Below are positions 49,873 to 63,073 of a DNA stretch of 64,000 bases, piece after piece. Below the pieces are notes generated by a model. The model saw only the letters and a list, made by a program, of their open reading frames with translations. It was not told the DNA's origin and did not search any database. The first letter of the stretch is position 1. Every line of letters starts with the position of its first letter. The translations under genes and the position numbers were made by a program. Source of the stretch: Harriotta raleighana (Eukaryota); assembly GCA_050575255.1 (NCBI GenBank), contig JBNZDD010013721.1, positions 8,660,055 to 8,724,054 on the forward strand, in the 5' to 3' direction.

Positions 49873-50084
49873 AGACGCAAAATACTGCAGCTGCTGGAAA
49901 TCTGAAACAGAAATGGCTGGGAACACTCAGCGGGTCGGGCAGCCTCTATGGAGAAAGAAAAAGTGAGTCAACGTTTCGGGTCCACGAAGTTCTAACGAAA
50001 GATCGTGGACCCGATACGTTGACCCACTTTTTCTTTCTCCATAAATGCTTCCTGGCTTGCTGAGTGTTTCCAGCTATTTGTGTT
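49873..50084. mobile_element. Penelope-like inverted-repeat (fold-back) remnant with degenerate hammerhead core
   Basis: Arms ~49906-49987 and ~50003-50084 are reverse complements (~82 bp, a few mismatches) around a 15-nt loop. The sequence 'ctaacga-aagatc-gtg-gaccc-gatac' lies at 49992-50017. Confidence 0.8.
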
Positions 50085-50320
50085 GATGAGATGTCGGAGT
50101 TGAATCAATGATTCTCCTTGCAGTGAGTTCCAAAATTGTGATTGCTCTGTTCTCTATTTTATGTTTTATTATTCACATTTACTAATATCACTGGAACAAT
50201 GATATTTTAAAAAAACCTTTGCATTGGATTTAACACTTTATCATTCCATTGAAACAACTCACAGCCCTCACAGATTGTGACTATATTTGTCAGTCAAGAA
50301 CTGTCAGATTTTCCTTCATN

Positions 50321-50731
50321 TTTTTTTTCTTTTTCATTTAACAAACTATTTGCCACAGTCTACTCTGGTTAAAATACCTGCAGTCTTTTTTTGAAAATAA
50401 AACACCCTATATCACTATCTTGACCTTATTTTTCACCAACTAAACACACAGTCACTTCACTTTACAGTGTATTCTGTGAAGCGCTTTGAGACGTCTCAAC
50501 GATGCCACAAGGCACTGTATCNGTTTTTTTTCTTTTTCATTTCATTTAACAAACTATTTGCCACAGTCTACTCTGGTTAAAATACCTGCAGTCTTTTTTT
50601 TTTGAAAATGAAACACCCTATATCACTATCTTGACCTTATTTTTCACCAACTAAACACACAGTCACTTCACTTTACAGTGTATTCTGTGAAGCGCTTTGA
50701 GACGTCTCAACGATGCCACAAGGCACTGTAT
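50321..50731. repeat. ~200-bp duplication bounded by single Ns (probable two haplotypes), including a SINE tail
   Basis: 50321-50521 versus 50523-50731, with N at 50320 and 50522. The copies differ by small indels and one substitution. Confidence 0.9.
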
Positions 50732-51508
50732 CAAATGCAAGCCTGAATATTATTCATCATCACATTGCTTACCAAACATAGAATGAAAATATCCCAAATG
50801 CTTTGAAACTGTTCCACCTGTTGAAGAGAATGCATAACATTACTGCTTGAGTAACACAATCAAAAACCTAGACTGAGTGATACAGGCAGCAACTCATGCT
50901 TAGGATCAGTGCCAAGACTCATCAGTCACTTCATGGGAGCTGATGAATTTTGGCACCTACACATTAAATAGTGAAGCGGTTGTGACTTTCTTCTTAATGT
51001 TCAGCTAATATTTCTTTTGTGAATTATTCTTCTGAACTTCTGACGTTTAATTTCACTCTTGCCTTGTTTGCATTCGAATAGAAACTTGAGTGCGAAATGA
51101 AGGCTCCTGAGAAAAATGGACCTCACAAAGCCTCTGCTTTATTTTGGTTCTAAAAGTGTGAGTTAGGTTCCATCCGTTCAATGGACAGCGCAGCAACTGG
51201 CCAATGGTTGGTACAAAATGGAGAGTGAGTATTCTGTTATAGGACCTCTTCTCCTTTGCCAGTTGAGGATAAAATAAGTGTTGGCATCAGTTGGGAGGAA
51301 ACTGCAGTGTGTTTTGCATTCCTCACAAGATATTTGGAGACACCACTTGAATATTACCTGACACTAATTAAACGAACAGTTAATTTATCTGAAGCAAAAT
51401 TACTTCTTATTCATATCGACACAAGTCATCATCGGAGTTAGTGTCACTCCAGTTTGTCTTTAGCCTCTGCACTCCGGCTATTCCGGTGTATGAGTTGCAT
51501 TTAGAATT

Positions 51509-51812
51509 TGTGGTGTTTTGTAGCTCAGTGGTTAGAGCCTCGCAAGCGAGAGTTCTGGGTTCAATTCACAGCAGGGCGAAACCTTGGGCAAGTTTGCTTA
51601 CTCCACACACCTGATAGTAATTCCTCGAGAACAAAATCAATAATTTGGTCACCCAATCCACGACTGTTTGGGGGACATTATTGGACACAATTGGCTGCTG
51701 CATTTCGCCCACAAATATACAGTCAATTTACTTGACAGTATATTCTGTGAAGCGCTTTGAGACGTCTAGAAGACGTGAAAAGCACTATATCAAATGGAAG
51801 GGTTATTACTTT
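51509..51812 (+). mobile_element. Full-length main-family SINE
   Basis: tgtagctcagtggttagagc (A box), gggttcaattc (B box), core, and tail aaatggaagggttatta. Confidence 0.95.
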
Positions 51813-52554
51813 TTATGATGATGCTTAAAACTGCGGTAATTTAATTTACGGATCAGCAGAGGTAATGGAATGCAGGCACACGGGCAGAAAATGCCAAACA
51901 AACACTTTGCTTCAGTGAAGTGTGTGTGTGTGGGGGAAGAAATCTTCGAAGCACATTTTAAATGAAAAAAATGACCTCGCCGCTAGATTTCAACACTGTT
52001 GTTATGTTATTTTCTTTCTAATAAGGAAAGAAACTAGCAACCCATGGCTCTTACTCATTGCGGTAATGTCTTTGAGTGAAAATTCTCACAAAGCACTCAC
52101 CCGGCCTCCCATCTGAGGGGAATACCATTTCCCATTGGGGAATGAAATCAGAAACAAAAGATAACTTTTGACTAACTTTGCATGCAAATTCTTGTCGACA
52201 GACAACTGTTGTGGGTATTTCATTCCGTGTTGTGTTGATTTTATTTTGAAACGCAGCTCGGGCTTAGCTGAAGATCAATAATTCTGTGTGAAATATTGGA
52301 TCTATGGTCATGTAGAGTCAGCCCCTTTTAAAAATATTCTTCTACTTGATTTACCAACCCCCAAATTATGCAGCAACTTTGTGAGGTGCGCTGAGACGTC
52401 CCCAACACTAGGATACACCTCAAATCCGACTGTGCTTTCAGTCATTGTTCCCCTCCCATTCCCCCACTCTGTTCCTACCCCCAACCTGGGTGCCCATGCA
52501 GCACTATGAATTTGCTTTGATGTGAACGTTGTTATATAAATGTAAATTTTACTG

Positions 52555-52712
52555 TATTAATCACAGCCTTTCATGTCAGGAGCTTGTGCCAAAGCACTTC
52601 ACGGGATTTACTGTAAATGACTGTGTAATTCTGTGGGAGAACAGGGCAGTCCATTTGCACATTGCAATCAATGTCCTGCAAACTGCCATGAAGTGAGTGA
52701 CCATTAGTTGGT
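52555..52712 (-). mobile_element. Older SINE 3' part (Deu core plus L2 tail)
   Basis: 'ccaaagcacttcacgggatttactgtaaa..ggcagtccatttgcaca..tcctgcaaactgc..gagtgacca'. Confidence 0.6.
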
Positions 52713-53568
52713 TCAATGTTCTATTTTACAGCTTTTGGCGAACATTCCCCTACACTTTGGATCAATTCAGGTTTCATTCTGAGACCCTGAAGGAGAAAGC
52801 CGGTTGGACTTATTAAACTTTTATTTGAATGTAATAATAGTTTTCATTATTGTAATGGAAAGCAATGCATTGAGTACCTCTTAAACTCAGCCTTTCAAGC
52901 TAATATTATATTATGTTTTGTCAACCGATGATGTGGGAGATATTGGATGGGTTTTTATTTTTTCCAGAAATGCAATACACGATACAGGTGTCCAGGTTTT
53001 ATATTATATTTCTATGGCATGGTATTACAGTACATAGTGTTTCATATACTTGTAATTCTGTTTTATTGTCAATACAGAACTGTAGTTCAAATAGGGTAAA
53101 AATAATCAAGGAAAAGGTTATTAAGGATATCTTTTATTCTGGGCAAAAATATAATCATTTCTGAAGGTTGAATCAGGAAGAGGCAAAGAATGCCTTTCCT
53201 ACAGTATGTGGATCTTAATGGGAACATTCATTTCAAGGGTATATTTACTCAGGGGATTGGCTTATTCCCCACATGTTCTGTAAAGGCAGTACTATTTTTC
53301 TTTGAGTTGTCCGGACGAAGATGGCTGTTTCTGATTACAGCTCGAACTTCAGAGCATTGCATTATTATATTAGAAGACATCCAGATGGTCAGGGAAAGCA
53401 ACAGATAGAATTCAATCTGCTCGCCAATACATCTTAATGACGCGGGTCAGCAATGAATTTTACCGTTGAGGTTTTCCATGTTCTGCATAGTAATGTATTA
53501 GGTAACGGGTGCTCTTGAGATACCTTTACTGCATAAACTCTCTGGTAAACATAGGTGAAGATGCAATA

Positions 53569-53898
53569 CTAATAATAATAATAATGATCCCTGTATTTGA
53601 TAACGTGCCTTAACACATCATTGCGACTTCTCAAATAGCTTCGCAGAATATATTGTAAATATATTGTGGGTGAAATGCAGCAAACAATTGTGCACAATAG
53701 TGTCCCACAAAAAGTTGGGGATTCAGTGACCTCATTTTTTTAAGGGATTATTATCCCCAGAATGTGATCTGCCAATCGATTAACAACCGGGTTCCTACTT
53801 ATTGCTAGGTAGAGACATGTGGAGTAAGAAAATTGGCGTAAGGTTTTAACCTGTCCAAGAATCGAATCCTGGTTCTCTCACTTGATAGGCATTTGCTC
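53569..53898 (-). mobile_element. Near full-length main-family SINE with ~55-bp internal extra segment
   Basis: Tail, core and head (aatcgaatcctggttctctcacttg) are present, with extra sequence at ~53757-53812. Confidence 0.85.
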
Positions 53899-54084
53899 CA
53901 AGACCTTAATACCAAATGAAACCACAGTTGCTGAGATATTAGCAACATTAGCACCATATCCAAGCAATTCAAAGGTCCAAAACTTCTAAGTATTATTGAA
54001 GCTAAAGATCTGACAATCCTTCACTCAACCACCATGTCAACCTGTCCCATTAACGAATGCTTCCCCCTACTGTACTAACAAAGA

Positions 54085-54312
54085 AAATGCACTGGCCAAC
54101 AATACTCCCAAATGAACAAATTGGTCATTCACTTCATGGCTGTATTGGGGCTATTGCTGTGCACAAATTGATTGCTATACCTTCCCTGCACAATAGACAG
54201 TCACTACGCTTTACACTGCACCTGGAAGCATTCATTAATGGGATAGGCATCTTGTGAGGTGGCTTTGAAACCCGACATGAAAGACATTATATCAAAATGT
54301 AAGGAATTTGAT
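54085..54312 (+). mobile_element. Older Deu-domain SINE 3' half
   Basis: 'ctggccaacaat..ttggtcattcacttcatggctg..gctgtgcacaaattg..cagtcactacgctttac..tatatcaaaatgtaagg'. Confidence 0.7.
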
Positions 54313-55544
54313 TATTGATTTGAATGTGAAAGACTTAGCTGGCTTTAATCACTGATTGAACTACAGTATTCCAGGTTTCCATTTAGTGCTGCTCACATCT
54401 TTAACCGCTACATAGTTATGTCGTGATATTAGATATGTGATCTGGTGGGACACTGATCATCATTAAATGGGATCTGCAGACATGGTTCTAATAATGGTTA
54501 AATCAGTGTTTCATGCATTCAGAGACGTAAAATCCAACTGCACCAGACAGGCTTTAACCAGCACTTATTCATAAGTGTCATTGATATGCACATACTTGCA
54601 AAGGATGTATGTGTTAATAATCTGGCACTGGAATTGTAGAACAGATGATCCCTTACTTTGCTTCTGTCATTTTTTTTAATACTTTCTTATAAAATACTTT
54701 ACTGAATATTTCTCTGCTTTTCTTCGATAGTAGTTGCAAATTGCTTTGCAAAAAGTCATGTGAAAAGACTTCTGCTTGAAGCATTCTAACCACTCTAGAC
54801 TTTGCAATTGAAATGGTAACATTGCATATAGAAACAGTTCAAGTAAAAAATTAAGAGGTGTATCACGTCGATAACATAGTGCAGGAACTGAAAGTGTCGA
54901 ACCTTTTGTGCCTTTGGGATAGCAGCTTCTAATATCAAATAACATCTGGTTCTTTCAAGCCATAGATTCACTCATAACAAATGAGATCAATAACTTGCTC
55001 AAAGTTTTGAAGATCTATAAAATATTCTGAACTCAACCCAGTAAGTACCTTGTCCTCAGCATTTTAATTTTCACGCCTCGCTATAAAAAACCTGTCTGGC
55101 TGATTTACTGCTTTCATTTGATTTGGTTTAATCGTATTAATAAAAAATTTGATTGTTAAATTTAGTTTTCACATTTAAAGAGATGCATGTAAAGTAATAT
55201 TGAACAGTGAAAAATCTACAAATTAATTTTAATATCGCAAGTATGTGTATTGCAGGTGTGAATCAATTTTAAATAGACTTCATTCCAGGTCACAGAGGAA
55301 ACATCACTAGGTAAGTACAGGGAACAAGAAGAAGAAAGAGGACAAAGAGGCTGAGGTGAGTAGAGTTTATGAGAGAGTGTGCAAAGCAACTCTATCTTCT
55401 CCTCACTTCTGTGTCATTCCTTATTTCCAATCATTACTGTTTCTGTCTATGCAGAACAACTTCCCAGACTTAAATCATGGATCGGATAGAACCATTGTCA
55501 ATCAGTCTATATTTCCCTGCTGATTGATCCTCACCCACCTCAAA

Positions 55545-56000
55545 CTCTGTACATCCATCACTCCAATCATCACTCACTGATTCCCTGGTTCCTCAACCCC
55601 ACCTTTGAAACTCTTCACAGTTTAGCACTTCCCCATCTCTCTAACCTCTCTCCACATCTATTCCTCTGCTCGCTCTCTCCGTTCAGCTAACTCCTCTGCC
55701 CTCTCTACAGGACCATCAGTCGTAAAGATTTCAGATTCTACTCTCCTTCACCTCTGAGACCCCCTCCCTCCCTCCTACTGTGTTGCTCCTCTCTATCTTG
55801 TCTTGTCTCCACAACTGTTGATGGAACACTGCTGTGTGCAATTGGCTGCCGTGTTTCACCCACAAATATACGATAGTCAATTCACTTTGCAGTATAATCC
55901 GTGAAGTATTTTGTGACCTCGAGATGGTTGACGAACATGAAATGTGCTATATCAAATGCAAGGATTGTTTTAATTGCCACCTTAAAACCTATTCTCTTCT
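55545..56000 (+). mobile_element. L2 ORF2 C-terminal fragment interrupted by a 5'-truncated main-family SINE (55805-55975)
   Basis: Encodes 'SITPII', 'FETLHSLALPHLSNL' and 'ARSLRSAN' before the SINE and 'HLKTY' after it. Confidence 0.7.
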
Positions 56001-57507
56001 AATCCTCGTGTGATAGCCAAATGTTCAGTCTGTTAGAAGAGAGTTCCTTTCTCAAACGAGTGCACCTCTCATTAAAAGTAACATGATCCTGGCAGACCAG
56101 ACATCTTCATATTGAACCTCTGTTGGAAATAAAAGAACCGAAATTATCTTTCGGATAATTAATTATGTTGTATTCAGAAGCGATTCAAATTTCATGTATT
56201 TCCAATAAAAATGCCTAACTGTGCTTTCCCCCAAAGCTCCACCCTCTCCGGTAGATACAACAGATTTGATCGTTTCGGTGAAGACCTCAAGCTGTAACAC
56301 TTTCTTCCTACTCCACAAAAACATCATTAAGTCCAGGTCTCCTAAACCAAAACAACCATAGTTTAATCGCTGGTTTAAGTCGAATATTAATTGCTCTCCA
56401 TCTACAGGAACCCGTCATACTGGTAGCAGCTTACGCAATAAAATGATTTTTCTCTTCGAACGAGACATGAAAACAATCAAAATAAACCAGATGTCACTAA
56501 GTCCTCATAACTGCATAGAAAAACAATCCCTTTTGATCCCACTTATCTTAAAATGTTACGTTTCTCAAATCCTTGACAACAATAGTAGATTCTCTCTTTC
56601 GGCAGAGAATTGGCGACTCACACGGCCACAATTTTCTCCTTTGGACGTATGGCCTGAATTTCATTGAATTATAAATCAAACTTCAAGTCAGAGATTCAAG
56701 TGTTGGATCTGAAGAACTAAGAGAAAACATCAGCATGCTGGATTCTGCCACATTGCACAGACCGATAAAATTATCTAATGTAGCACAGAGGTCAGAGTAG
56801 AAGAATTGCACAGCATCAGTCCATAATTTTGATTATCTGATAATTCTTTTTAATCTTAGCACACAGATTGCACAGTCATATCTCCCCAGTAGCTGAAATT
56901 ATTTCCCGAAGGCAAATTGATAACGAGAACAGAAAATAAGGCAGGCAGTTCAAACAGCAAGGAATCAGATACTCCTCTGTGGGAAGCAGGAACTGCTTTT
57001 GCATCAAGCAATTGTCTATCAGGAGTCTTAGAAGTAGAAATTTAACGTGGGACCAGATTTGTTCCATTTCCAGCGCATTTCAGAGCTTAGCAAATCCTGA
57101 AATGCAATCTTTATTTTTAAGCCCGTTTTCTGCATATTTCATTTAAGAATAAGACAAAACCGACTTCAAAAATAAGACTAAATTTACGGTGGGCAAATCT
57201 TGATTGCTCTGGAAGGCTAGGAACACAGAGCAGATATAAACCTGGTGGAATTGCACCTATTATGTCCAGTTATTAAACTGATTATTTGAACAAAATTCTT
57301 TATCCAACAAGTTTAAATTGAAAGTAATATTCCATTCATTAAGTGAGACCATTAGTATTACAGTACTATATTATAATAATCCATTTTAGTACCAAGATAA
57401 TAGTTATTTGGTTCAAAATTTATTCACAGAACACGAAAGGGAAGGCATTACTGTTCATGAATTATTTTACATCAGAATTTTTTCTAGGAAACATCCATGA
57501 ATTTTGT

Positions 57508-57720
57508 ATAACAACTTGCACTCATGTAGAGCCATCTATGCAGGGTTGCGTCTCAGAGCGCTTAACAGTAGTGGACCCTGACACCGAGCCGGTGGGGTGG
57601 AAATGATGGCTGTAAGCACGGCCGAAGAGGACAAAGGTTTTCAGGCAGGACTGAAAAAGAGGAGAGAGAGAGAGGGGGGGTGGGAGGGGTGCAAGTTCAG
57701 AGGGATTGAAGGAGATTGGT
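57508..57720 (-). mobile_element. L2 LINE 3' end, (GTT)-type tail
   Basis: The minus strand reads 'FQSCLKTFVLFGRAY' followed by a UTR and 'taagcgctctgagacg...gagtgcaagttgtt'. Confidence 0.7.
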
Positions 57721-60120
57721 AAGGCTATATCAAATGCAAGGATGATTATTTCAGATACACTGTCAGTTTTACCAAGTTGGGTTCCATTCATGTTGCAGCT
57801 GAGGCCCACCTACTGAGATTTCTAAGAAAGCCAAAAATTGTTGACAGCCGATCCACACTACTTCAGGGTATCTTCCGTTTGATTTTCACATCAAGCAACT
57901 CTTGGAACACAACAACAGCCTTACAAACTATGTAAATTAAACTCCTCAATGATGAATTCCCTCCTGCAGCCCACGATTGAAAATGTACGACACACACACA
58001 CCAGGGGCCTCCACGTGTTTCGCTCGAAAACTCTTGAACCCAATAGCAGGCAAAATGCTCAAAAGTGTTTTAAGGAATTGTTTCGATGCTCCTCAAAGAA
58101 ACATCTCACTGGCAGAGGCCTTTTTGGTCATATAATGATACTGGCTCATTGACAGTTTACTTGCTGTCTGAGATTTCAGAATCATCAAATTGCTTGCTGT
58201 AAATTGTGTCTTAAAGTATTCCACTTTCTGTCAACACGCCCCATTTTCCTTCCTCTGTCTTATTTCCAATAAATCTATATCTTAAGTGGGTTGAAAAATG
58301 CATTGTTGTGAAGTCATAATTATCAAAGGTGATAACAATCACATCACATACTGTATCTCTTCCACCAACCCCCTACACATCTCCCCTCCCCTCACCCCCT
58401 TTCTAATTATATAGGGATTTATTAGACCCAGAAAGACTATTTAAACACACATTGGGTTTATAAGACCAGACTCAACCGTGCCTTTCACTTTACACTTGCA
58501 ATTTTTCCCAGTTCTGCTAGTCCACACTTCCTCATATATAAAGTATTTGCATAACCCAACTGAGATGCTTTCAGATTCTCATTAAAAGGAAGTGAGACTG
58601 GGTGGAAAATGCAGGCGTGCAATTGTGAGAGTGAATCAAAGAGGGGAAAGTGTGTGGGCAGTTCAGCCCTAGTATAATTCACGCCCCAAATAATTGTTGA
58701 ATAAAGTTTATGTGCATCAAAACGAGAAACACACAAATGAAAGAGATTAGGTTGATGACACCAATTCATTGCGGTGTAGGAGGAGATTGGTTTAGATTAG
58801 AATATTGACATTCAAAATAGAGACCTGTGGAACAATATAAGGGGGGTTCATAGTCATAAGAATCCAGAATATTGTGGGGCCAATTCTGGTTTAAAATACT
58901 GCAATATTAATATGGCACAGGACGATAATAAACTGATTGACTGTCTAAATCTTCTGTTCAAGCAGTGAATTTTCAACTGGGTAATTTGTTTAAGCAATAC
59001 TTCTAACACTTTCTTTGAAACAATGCTGAAGCATTTTCTGGAGGTTATCCGTGGAAGTGGATCCCAGGAAATGAAAAAACAAGAGTCAAACGCTTTCGAC
59101 GGTGGACGAGGAATGAAATAAGCTGGCAGAAAATAAAACGGTTAACAATACTGCATTCAATTCCATTTCCATCCTCAAGAGATATTTTGTACTTGACAGG
59201 GAATTAATTCTTATTTAAATATCAAACCGGAACCATAAAAAATATTATTATTAAAGAGAATTTAATGGTTCTGTGCAACGAGAGACATGCTCGTAACAGC
59301 AGTTTGATACAAAACAGGTTTGGACATTGGATGTATTAGCAATCCATCTTTAGCTGTTGACATCACCAATGATTAATCTTCTTGAACTACACAACACACA
59401 GAGAAAACTAGTTAGTGTATTATTTTAATTTTCAACCCAAGACATGGCCCCCAAAAAATGTACTCCTTATTTTCAGTTTGATGAACAGGTAAAATCAATG
59501 TAACAAACGTTGTGGGACCAACAAGTATTTCTTCTGACTGCTTATCGATCTTGTTCAGGTTTGAGCCTATTTTCCATCTTTTATCGGCACTGGGGAATAA
59601 GTTTGTTAAAAATGGAGAGTACGTAGTATTGTTTGGTAAGATTTGATTGCTTTCCCCAGGGAGAAATTCAAGGCAAACTGTTACGTAAATTGTGAATTTC
59701 AATGTGGCTTGTGTATTTCAAATTACTTTGAATTGCTCGAGACACATTAATCACTGCCACTGCACATTTTAAAGATGTTTTATTGCAGTGCTCTTTAAGA
59801 AGAGTTACATCTAATTGATCATACTTCAGCAGAACGGAATATATAACAAAAACATGAAAGGTCTTGACATATAAAAGCCCCATGTTAGATTCTCTCAATT
59901 TTGTCTGTGTCTGTACAGCTGGATATTAAAGATCTTGCAATACTACTTGGTAAAGAGATGGAAGTTTCTCTGAGTTTCCTGTCCAACAACCTGGTCAATC
60001 ACTTTGTGCCTGATCCTGACACGTTACTATTCACAAATCAGCTGCTGGGTTTGCCTAGGAAAAACAGTCACTGCATTCAAGATAAATCCTGTAAAGAGCT
60101 TTGAGACATTTCAACAACAT

Positions 60121-60449
60121 GGAGGCCTGTAGCTCAGTGGTTAGAGCACTCACCTTACAAGCATGAGACCTGTGTTCGAATACAGGCAGGTCAGGGCGAA
60201 ACCTTGGGCAAGTTTCCTTATTTCACACGCCTAATAATAATCCCTCCAAAAAAAAGAAGAAAATTGATCATTTCAATCCACGACTGTTTGTGGGACACTG
60301 CTGTGTGCCCACGTTTCGCCCACAAATATACAGTATACACAATATACAGTATATACAATATACACAGTATATTCTGTGAAGCGCTTTGAGACATCTAGAA
60401 GACGTGAAAAGCGCTATATCAAACGTAAGGATTATTATTATTTATTATT
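60121..60449 (+). mobile_element. Full-length main-family SINE nested in an older SINE tail, with AACAT target-site duplication
   Basis: ggaggcctgtagctcagtggttagagcac ... (att)n, with aacat at 60116-60120 and 60450-60454 and an internal 'atatacagtata' triplication. Confidence 0.95.
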
Positions 60450-61125
60450 AACATGATGAGGCACTTCATCCAATGCAGGGATTGTTACTATTATTTACAT
60501 CTGATGGAGATGAACTAAGTTTTGTACATTTGTAGTACCATTTCTCCCCGACCTCTGAAAGTAATTAGAATTAGTCTTCAGAATATCAATTTGGAAAATG
60601 AATTGACTTTATTAAAACGTGACTGAGGGCATTCTTCAAGTAATGCTCCCTTTTGCTACAACATCGCAATGTTTCCCAAAATATTAAAAGGTAAGAGGTA
60701 CCAGGCTCAAGGTTGTCAATGACACATTGTATATACTACATTCACTTATTTGCCCATCCACACTTTGTTATTTATTGTGCATTTCTATCATGTTTGTGCT
60801 TGGATGTTTGCTTCACTTTCTCTTTTGCATGTTTTACAGTTGCATTCCTTGCAGTTATACCCAGAAGTTCTTTTCTTCGCGGAAAAAAAAACAAGCTCCT
60901 TCTTCCTTCTGTTTGCGGATGCTTTGTGTCATTTATTGTTAGAAAAAATAAATGACCAGCGGACGTTTTATGTTTTCCGGGTTAGTGGTAACAGAAAGTG
61001 CAATCTTGTCATTTTGGTACCTCGCATGAAACTAGTTAACATTGTTGTTAAAAGGAGATTGCAACACTACTTTCTTCGGTAGTTTTCACTACTTTTATTT
61101 CTGTCAAACCACTAATATTGGTGCA

Positions 61126-61506
61126 AGCTTGGTTCAGGTGTTAGCATTCTCACCTCTGAAGACAGTGGGTTCCAGCTGTATGTTGGGACTTTGAACACTA
61201 ACAGTCCTGGCAGACTCTTCGATACAGTTCTGGGGATGTGATGTAGTGTCGGGTGCCATCCTTCAAGGTTAAATCAGAATCCTGTTTGCCTTTCCCTCGG
61301 CGCTATTCGAAAAGTGAAGGTAGATCCTCCTGAATTCCTATCCAACAATCCCCTCGGACAAAATTGGTCCCTCACTTCAAGGCTGTTTGTGGGACACTGC
61401 TGTCCATAAAACCGGTTGCTGTGTTTTGCATACAAAATACAGTAAATCCTATCAAATGGTTGTGACATGCTCCCAATGCGAAAGGCAGCATATCAAATGC
61501 AAGTGT
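61126..61506 (+). mobile_element. Near full-length old SacSINE1-like DeuSINE
   Basis: Head 'gcttggttcagg..agcattctcacctctga..gtgggttcc', core 'gctgtttgtgggacactgctgt' and tail 'gaaaggcagcatatcaaatgcaag'. Confidence 0.75.
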
Positions 61507-62849
61507 TCCAATTATTATTGAGCTTCGTAAAATAGTTAGTTTTTTGCAGGAGTTTGATATTTTGTTCACGGGGGATTTTGTCAAGCCATTTGTGAATAGT
61601 CTTTGAACTGTCCCAATAATAATATGAGTCTGATTATTATTAAAATTGTAATGAATGTGCTATTATAAGTAATGATGAAAGTTAAATTATTCAGTGGGAA
61701 GAAATAAATTACTACAGCAATTGAGTGTAATTTCTGCTCAATCCTTTTTGTTATCCATGAAGTCAATAGTTAGTGCTCCAGGTTATGAACCATAGGTTAC
61801 TCTGAATGTTCAATTCTTTTAACAGATGGATAGGTCAGACAAACAAATGCAGGGAACAACAGACAGCTTTTCAATCTCAGCCTCAACTCACACTGGTAGA
61901 CAATTCCTCCTGTCTGATCCAGGGCCTCTGTCACCATAATTAACTTCATGCAGTAAGTTTGAAGGAAGGTAATTGAGAAAATATGTTTTAAGGTTTTCAG
62001 TTGAACTAGAGGTGTTGCGTAAATTACTGAGCCATTTAATGCAATTCATTTGTAGAAGTCAATAAACAAATAAAAAATGTGAACACCATAAATCTAAAGT
62101 AAAGAAAAATGCTGGAAATGTATAGCAGGTCAATCTGCACTCATTTTGTTTTTAAACAAGTTTCATGTCGTTTCATTCGTATCATTTTGATAATATAATT
62201 TTGCCTCAATTGGATTTATCTGATATGGACTTCCTTGAGTGTAATCTCAGACATAATTAAATGATTGCTGTTTACAAAGATAAGAATGGCAGTCACAATG
62301 AGGAGATGAGATTAGAACTACAATATTAACAAGCAGTGACGAATATCCAAAATGGAACATGGAAAATACATTCCATCAATCCATCAAATAAAATCTACCC
62401 TAATAAAATGTTTTCCTTTTCTTTATTTACAATGTACCAGTATTACTGTACTGCTCGGATAAACGCGGAATATTTCTTGTTTATTTGCATCCAAATTAGC
62501 TACCATGCTCGCCATCTCCCATTTAATGAGTTGCCATGCATTTCAAAATGTATTATGGGGTTGAAAAATCAAAAGGGGCTGGCAACCAGTGAATCTGGAT
62601 GATAAATGTGGATCTTTAAGATGAAGGAATAACAGAACTTCAGAATCTGAAAGTCTGTACCTTAGAGATTAATGAATTATTACTCCTGGTAATACATCAC
62701 ACTCGGTGGCTTATTTTTTTTTTGATGCTCTTGTTTGAAATGAATTATGTTTGCAGCCGTGGGCAGAAGTTATTCCCTCACTGGCACGCCACAATTTACA
62801 TTTTTGATTCATATAATGATCAAACAGCAAAATTAAGCGCCTTAGTTTT

Positions 62850-62942
62850 ATTAATAAGAAGAATCCTTGCATTTGATAACAGTGTCTTATCATGTCTTTG
62901 AGGCGTCTCAAAGCGATTCACAGAAAATATGCTGCCAATCTA
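62850..62942 (-). mobile_element. Main-family SINE 3' fragment
   Basis: 'aatccttgcatttgataacagtgtc..cgtctcaaagcgattcacaga'. Confidence 0.85.
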
Positions 62943-63073
62943 CTGATTTTTATTATTTTATGTTTGTGTGTTAGATTTTATTTGTTATTCTGGCTGGAGA
63001 CTGGCTTGTTCATCTGCCTTTTATTTCACTTGGGATCTGATCAGTTGCAGTCTCTTGGAGTGCTATCTCTTTT

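Noticed and set aside
51176-51195. REST/NRSE site (atggacagcgc)
   Set aside because: Only the right half-site is present and the TTCAGCACC half is missing.
59920-60104. ORF or exon 'LDIKDLAILLGKEMEV...'
   Set aside because: Its 3' half is a decayed SINE core and tail, and there is no recognisable protein.
60121-60195. tRNA gene (also at 51515, 15750-15818 and 3420-3479)
   Set aside because: A and B boxes are present, but each runs into the SINE core and tail and lacks a proper acceptor stem and terminator. These are SINE heads.
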